Source of the DNA: Trichormus sp. ATA11-4-KO1
Lineage (GTDB): Bacteria > Cyanobacteriota > Cyanobacteriia > Cyanobacteriales > Nostocaceae
Direction: 5' to 3'
Length of the DNA stretch: 64,000 nucleotides
NCBI GenBank assembly: GCA_019358915.1
Contig: JAHHIM010000055.1
Location: 64,001 to 128,000 of the forward strand
Positions 59,045-64,000 of this stretch are shown here, one piece after another. Under the pieces are notes generated by a model that had not been told where the DNA came from, ran no database searches, and was given only the letters and a program-made list of their open reading frames with translations. Numbering within the stretch: position 1 is the stretch's first letter; each line of letters starts with the position of its first letter. A program made the translations under genes and the position numbers.

Positions 59045-59353
59045 TGGAAGCACTTTGACGCTTAAGTTTACTCTAACTGTAAATCTTAAGAAAACATAAA
59101 ACTGTTCAGTTATTGTCAGTTGATTTTCATAGTTCGACATTATCGAACAATGTGGCTAAACCTAGGTACAGTAGGGGACACAACGAGTCAAACGAATGCG
59201 TCAAGATAGATTTCAGAGAGCTACAGGTACTAGACTACCTGAGGCTTTTTCTAAAATCTACTATCTCAGCATAGGTATTTATACTCACCGGATTTAGCAC
59301 TGAGTGTACACTTTGACTAATATTAGTCAAAGGGAATGACTAAGTAGCTATAA

Positions 59354-59977
59354 ATGAGACTATCAACTTGGAGGCAATCAATAGTAGACTGGGTAGCCCA
59401 GAAAGTACAGATTGACACCTATGAACTTAGGAACCCAGAGGTAGTTGGGGAAACGGCGGGGTTTTTCCCGCCACTAAGAAACATTAAACACTATGATGGC
59501 GGGGAAGAGTCGGAAGGGCAGCCGACAGCCCAAGCTACCCAAGAGATATACATAACTACTAGATACCCTAGGGACACCCCATATGCAGAACTACCATTAG
59601 CGACTACAGAGGGTGTCTACTCGTCACTGTGCCAGGGTTTACTCAAAGATGCTCAAGGGATAGCCGACCTCATAGACCTTTGGATTAACCCTAGTGACCA
59701 ACCTATACAAGTTTCTGAAGTAGGGGACGATTATGGGGATTGGTTGGTAACGATGGTCATCTATGTAGTCATTAAGTGGTTACCAGAACCTGAACCGGGC
59801 TTCGGCTTCTCAGGTTACACGATTAATAAAATAGCATTCAACCTGTACCGGGCTAAGCTAGATAACTTTAATGACAATACCCTAGTAGCTACCTTTGGCG
59901 GAGACCGTGAACTACTAACCGCAGAAGATGACTATGTATTTACAGAACCACCCCCTGACGACTTTTTAGTAGAATGA
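59354..59977 (+). CDS. Putative tail completion/terminator protein
   Basis: Acidic 207-aa ORF, first of a late cluster, preceded by TGACT motifs. Confidence 0.45.
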   Translation: MRLSTWRQSIVDWVAQKVQIDTYELRNPEVVGETAGFFPPLRNIKHYDGGEESEGQPTAQATQEIYITTRYPRDTPYAELPLATTEGVYSSLCQGLLKDAQGIADLIDLWINPSDQPIQVSEVGDDYGDWLVTMVIYVVIKWLPEPEPGFGFSGYTINKIAFNLYRAKLDNFNDNTLVATFGGDRELLTAEDDYVFTEPPPDDFLVE

Positions 59978-61362
59978 CTACCCGCAGACTAGCTAACGTC
60001 AATACAGTACCCCAAAGCCTAACAGGTGATTATGTATACATAAATAGGGGGGCTTATACTTACAGGCTATCCTTGGAATCGTTAACGTCCGCAGGGTTAG
60101 ACTTGAGTGATTACGTGACCTATACGGTACTTAATGATACCTTATTAGATTACGTAACTAATAATACGCTGACAACGACGTTGGGGGGTTACGTAACCTC
60201 TGACGCGTTTAATCTAGCTTTAGACACTAAGGCAGACGTTACAGCACTTGCCGACTATACGTTAACCACCGATATACGGTTATCAGATGCTAGAGTGCCT
60301 ACAGGAGTGGCGGGAGGGAGCCTAAGTGGTATTTATCCTAACCCAGCGATCGCTAACTCAGGGGTAACCCCTGGGACTTATAACTTCGCCACAGTTACCA
60401 TAGGTGAAGATGGGCGGGTCACGGATGCCCAGACTGGAGTCATCCCTGGGGTACCTGTAGCCTCACCGACTACCTCCGGAACCGTTAAGGTGGACAGTGC
60501 AGTAGCCGACCCTTTGGTGTATTTATCGTCTACCGTAGACTCTTTGTTAGGTGGTTATGTTACATCCGGGGGATTAACTACCATCCTAAACGATTATGTG
60601 ACTAATAGTAGTCTAACTATTACATTAGCGGGGTATGTGCTAGATGCGGATACTCGGCTATCAGATGCTAGGATACCCACAGGCACGGCGGGCGGTAGCT
60701 TGAGTGGTACTTATCCGAACCCAGGATTAAGCGAAGTGCTAATCACTCCAGGGTCATATACTAACGCGGATATTACCGTAAATACCGAAGGAAGGGTTAC
60801 CGCCGTTGCTAATGGTGCAAGCGGGGGCATAACAGAACGTAAGTTTTTTCAGGCTAGGAATCGTTGGTTTACCCCAGCCACCAAAATCACGATAACTAGT
60901 AGCACGGGGGCTATATCCGCTACATACGTTAGGTTATGTCCTATTTATGTCCCGGCTATCGGTATACAATCGTTAGCTGTATCCACTGCATCGTCGGTAA
61001 CAGGGGCTACTGGTAAGTTAGCAATATATTCTGTAGTTGATGGAATGCCTGGAGTGCTTCTAGAGTCATTAGCAGAAGTAGCTATGGATGTACAGGCATT
61101 TTTTGAGTTTGTCATATCCTCTGATTTAGCACAGGGGGAATATTTCATAGGACTGACCACAACTGGTACTGCACCAAGCATGAGGATACATAACTCAACA
61201 ACTAATAATGATTCATACATATCTGCCGGGTCTTTAAGCACAACTTCAGTAATATCTTATGTTAGCCCTACAACGTCAGGGGTATTTCCTGGGGACTTAA
61301 CAGGAGCTACGTTTACTGACTCTAGCTTATCCCCTGTAGTCTGGGTAAAAACTAAAGCATAG
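59974..61362 (+). CDS. Tail fibre-like protein
   Basis: T/G/S-rich; duplicated D.RLSDAR.PTG.AGGSLSG.YPNP..TPG.Y....TV...GRVT repeat. Confidence 0.75.
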   Translation: MTTRRLANVNTVPQSLTGDYVYINRGAYTYRLSLESLTSAGLDLSDYVTYTVLNDTLLDYVTNNTLTTTLGGYVTSDAFNLALDTKADVTALADYTLTTDIRLSDARVPTGVAGGSLSGIYPNPAIANSGVTPGTYNFATVTIGEDGRVTDAQTGVIPGVPVASPTTSGTVKVDSAVADPLVYLSSTVDSLLGGYVTSGGLTTILNDYVTNSSLTITLAGYVLDADTRLSDARIPTGTAGGSLSGTYPNPGLSEVLITPGSYTNADITVNTEGRVTAVANGASGGITERKFFQARNRWFTPATKITITSSTGAISATYVRLCPIYVPAIGIQSLAVSTASSVTGATGKLAIYSVVDGMPGVLLESLAEVAMDVQAFFEFVISSDLAQGEYFIGLTTTGTAPSMRIHNSTTNNDSYISAGSLSTTSVISYVSPTTSGVFPGDLTGATFTDSSLSPVVWVKTKA

Positions 61363-61371
61363 GAGACTAAA

Positions 61372-61734
61372 ATGGCACGAGTGATTACCTATAAGGACGG
61401 GGTATTAATGGCAGACTATGAAGACCCTAACATAAAAACACCCCCGGACTATCTTACATTTAGGGTTGACATGTTAAGTAATAACACATATAACCAATGT
61501 GTATTACAAGCCACACCTATTGGTAGATTATCCGCTCAGAGATTAGAAATCAATATATCCCAAGATTCCAGAGATTGGGGGTTAGTCTGTAGATTCTGGA
61601 ACAGGTTAATAAGTAACACCTCGTATGTATTAACACCTGGTGATATTAATGAACTACAAGATATTATCCATAGAAATAATATTCCTATGGAGATGGATAG
61701 TTTAGGGCGGTGCCAACCTAAAGTACATGAATAA
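61372..61734 (+). CDS. Putative fibre assembly chaperone
   Basis: AGGAG RBS; small ORF right after fibre gene. Confidence 0.5.
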   Translation: MARVITYKDGVLMADYEDPNIKTPPDYLTFRVDMLSNNTYNQCVLQATPIGRLSAQRLEINISQDSRDWGLVCRFWNRLISNTSYVLTPGDINELQDIIHRNNIPMEMDSLGRCQPKVHE

Positions 61735-62308
61735 TCAGTGGCATGAGGGTCGCCCAGTATTTAACAGACTACCTCAGACGGGCTACCAAGATAACTTAGC
61801 CGTAGACTGGCTAACCCTTTGGGTAGACCAAAAGTTATCCGATAAAGCCGACCAACTCCAGACGCTATGGACTAAACTTGACCCCCTGACCACTACCGAA
61901 GACTGGTTAGATTATCTGGCTTTCCTATGTGGGTTATCCGGTGTATATTATGATACTAAGTGGGCTGTAAATATAAAGAGGCAAATGATTAGCCAAGCCC
62001 ATAGCCTTTGGAGTAGTAGGGGTACACTGGCTAGTATCAGAACGGTGTTAGATATACATGAAATCCCGTATACCATATGGAATAGTGGGAGCCTGAGGTT
62101 ACCCTTCGTATTATCTGCGACCTTTGGGCGTGATGATCTTAGGTTGTATGTAAGGTTACCGTTAGACTACCAAAGGACTTCTAGGGAGTTCAAGGAAGCC
62201 CAAAGGACACTTAGGAACTACGCACCAGTAATAGTAGATGCTGAAGTAGTGTTTGAAAGATTTTATCTAGGTTTTAGCCGTATAGGAGAACCTCTATTTA
62301 GTAACTGA
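61727..62308 (+). CDS. Baseplate protein, P2 gpI-like
   Basis: LDP......WLDYLA..G, W....KR.MI..A..LW..RGT motifs. Confidence 0.85.
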   Translation: MNNQWHEGRPVFNRLPQTGYQDNLAVDWLTLWVDQKLSDKADQLQTLWTKLDPLTTTEDWLDYLAFLCGLSGVYYDTKWAVNIKRQMISQAHSLWSSRGTLASIRTVLDIHEIPYTIWNSGSLRLPFVLSATFGRDDLRLYVRLPLDYQRTSREFKEAQRTLRNYAPVIVDAEVVFERFYLGFSRIGEPLFSN

Positions 62309-62330
62309 TTGACTGAATATAAGTAAACCT

Positions 62331-63428
62331 ATGACTACTATTATTTGTAATATAAAGGTAGCGGGCACTACTGAGAACTTAGTGGGTTATGTGAGAGTAA
62401 ACATACCTTCTACCTTCTCAGATGAAGACACTCTATATGTCCCTGTTTTCCATGACTATGACTTAGTTGACGGCTCGGTCACGTTTGAGCTAGAACCTAG
62501 CGACTTGGCACGAGTAGCCTATAAGTTTGAGATATGGCAACTAATCCCAGACGAAGAAACCATAGATGACCTTGGGAACCCAGTAACCATAGTTAACGCG
62601 GATATATTAGTCAAGTCATTCAGTGCCGTAGTTCCCTTCAGCTCTACCCCAATAAATATTAAAGACTTGGCAGAGCAGTCAGGGGTTAGGTATGATGCCC
62701 AAGATGCTAGCCTACTAACCCTAAGTAGGTATTTATACTCCAACGATACATTTTGGGAAGCACTGGTTAACCAAGTCTTCCAGAATAAGGGGGCTTGGTC
62801 ACCCTCGGTATTCTATAAGCGGGGGGACGTGGTGTCCTATGATGGCTCCGGTTACCAGTACGTGGCAACCGTGGCGAGTCAAGGTAACTTAACCACTGAC
62901 GAAACGTTTTGGCGATTGTTGGTGTCTAGGGGTGAGACTGGTACAGGCACAGCCGGTAACGACACTATCTATGGGGCATCATGGGATGGGGCTACTGACG
63001 CTCCCACCCGTAATGCTTTGTATGATATTATACAAACACTAGCTACGAAGAATGAGCTAGATACTAAAGTAGCCGCAGAAGACGCTGTGCTAACTGGTAA
63101 TCCTACAGCCACTACTCAAGCAACAGGGAACCGTAGTACGAGGATAGCCACTACTGACTTTGTTGGTAACGAGCTAGACGGCATTGGTAGGGTATCTATA
63201 GGTGACATTTTGATACACCCGACCACTGCAGCACCAAATAAATACAGGGTATTAACTAACCCAGGGGAAGTAGTGAGTCAGACCACCTACGCTGAGTTGT
63301 TTGCACAAATCGGTACCACTTATAACACGGGGTCAGAAGGAGCGGGTAACTTTAGGTTGCCATCTAATGGGGGTGGGGTACCTTTTGGGGATACTCGTAT
63401 GAGATGGGTTATCTATACAGGCGTGTGA
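62331..63428 (+). CDS. Tail fibre protein with collar domain
   Basis: LTGNPTA.T...G.....IATT.FV; VSQTTYAELFA.IGT.Y.......FRLP collar motif; YKRGDVVSYDG repeat. Confidence 0.82.
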   Translation: MTTIICNIKVAGTTENLVGYVRVNIPSTFSDEDTLYVPVFHDYDLVDGSVTFELEPSDLARVAYKFEIWQLIPDEETIDDLGNPVTIVNADILVKSFSAVVPFSSTPINIKDLAEQSGVRYDAQDASLLTLSRYLYSNDTFWEALVNQVFQNKGAWSPSVFYKRGDVVSYDGSGYQYVATVASQGNLTTDETFWRLLVSRGETGTGTAGNDTIYGASWDGATDAPTRNALYDIIQTLATKNELDTKVAAEDAVLTGNPTATTQATGNRSTRIATTDFVGNELDGIGRVSIGDILIHPTTAAPNKYRVLTNPGEVVSQTTYAELFAQIGTTYNTGSEGAGNFRLPSNGGGVPFGDTRMRWVIYTGV

Positions 63429-63466
63429 TTGACTAAATAACGATAAATATATATATATTCATCACT

Positions 63467-64000
63467 ATGGCTGGATTATACCCTAATACTCCTTTTTCGG
63501 AAGGTTCCGTATTTACGCCCGAACTTGCAGACTTAGCTTTTGAGGCTCCCATTTTTGACGGTCAAAATCAGTACAAAGGGCATCGGGAGAAGATCAGGGA
63601 TGACGAGTTATCCGATTTAGCTGGGGCAACTAAGGATAGATTGAGGATAGTTACGGATGGTTTAAAGCCTTCGGTAAGTTCGGGGTTAACTGTAGCGTAC
63701 CAGTCAGGTACAGTTGTGTTACCTAGTGGTGAGCTATTAGCCATAGTTAGTGGGTTAATCGTAGTACCTGATAATGCTACTAGCCTCATTTGGGTGGATT
63801 CTTTAGGGGTTATTGCATCCGGCACGATAGCACCTGCTATTAGGATATTAATAGCTAAAGTCACTACAGTATCAGGTACCATTACCGCGTTACAAGACCT
63901 TAGATTTAATGGGTTACATCCGGTAAGCCCTATTAGCGCGTCTATTAAGGTATTTGGAGGTTCTAATACTCAAGATAAGGTATGCACTAACGGTGAAGTA
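63467..64000 (+). CDS. Probable virion/tail protein, truncated by window end (not in ORF track)
   Basis: ATG 63467, MAGLYPNTPFSEGSVFTPE... open to window end; TGACTAAATA motif at 63430. Confidence 0.65.
   Translation, partial: MAGLYPNTPFSEGSVFTPELADLAFEAPIFDGQNQYKGHREKIRDDELSDLAGATKDRLRIVTDGLKPSVSSGLTVAYQSGTVVLPSGELLAIVSGLIVVPDNATSLIWVDSLGVIASGTIAPAIRILIAKVTTVSGTITALQDLRFNGLHPVSPISASIKVFGGSNTQDKVCTNGEV

Larger units (their letters stand above)
21374..64000. mobile_element. Prophage with contractile tail (myovirus morphology); right end outside window
   Basis: Terminase, portal, capsid, sheath, tube, tape measure, baseplate, fibre and replication genes; sharp fall in HIP1 density after tRNA-Ala; no integrase seen in window. 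Confidence 0.93.

Noticed and set aside
59974..64000. Diversity-generating retroelement or invertible fibre cassette
   Set aside because: No reverse transcriptase, invertase or template/variable repeat pair in the window; the repeats are ordinary protein repeats

Overview
About 1-21.4 kb is ordinary chromosome of a filamentous (Nostocales-type) cyanobacterium, with dense HIP1 GCGATCGC sites, STRR/SDR repeats, nadA, tldD, thrC, rtcB and three tRNAs. Directly after tRNA-Ala(CGC) (21301-21373) a contractile-tailed prophage begins and continues past the end of the window. It encodes terminase, portal, capsid, sheath, tube, tape measure, baseplate and fibre genes, an intein-containing DNA polymerase resembling mitochondrial Pol gamma, an SF3 helicase and a 5'-3' exonuclease. 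The most unusual locus is a non-coding minus-strand unit at about 42582-43320. It has its own sigma70-type promoter, a ~580-nt highly base-paired RNA (ROOL/GOLLD-like), a 15-bp hairpin and a 76-nt RNA resembling only the alanyl tRNA-like domain of tmRNA. Other points: (i) a 21-bp operator GGTYRAC-N7-GTYRACC over the -35 box of many early promoters; (ii) a TGACT-led 10-mer before nearly every virion gene; (iii) a C5-methyltransferase homolog with its catalytic residues replaced; (iv) an LHH-type nuclease plus a small acidic partner after the portal gene; (v) a candidate +1 frameshift in the tail chaperone gene; (vi) an iteron-like repeat region. All calls come from reading the sequence by eye; no searches were run.
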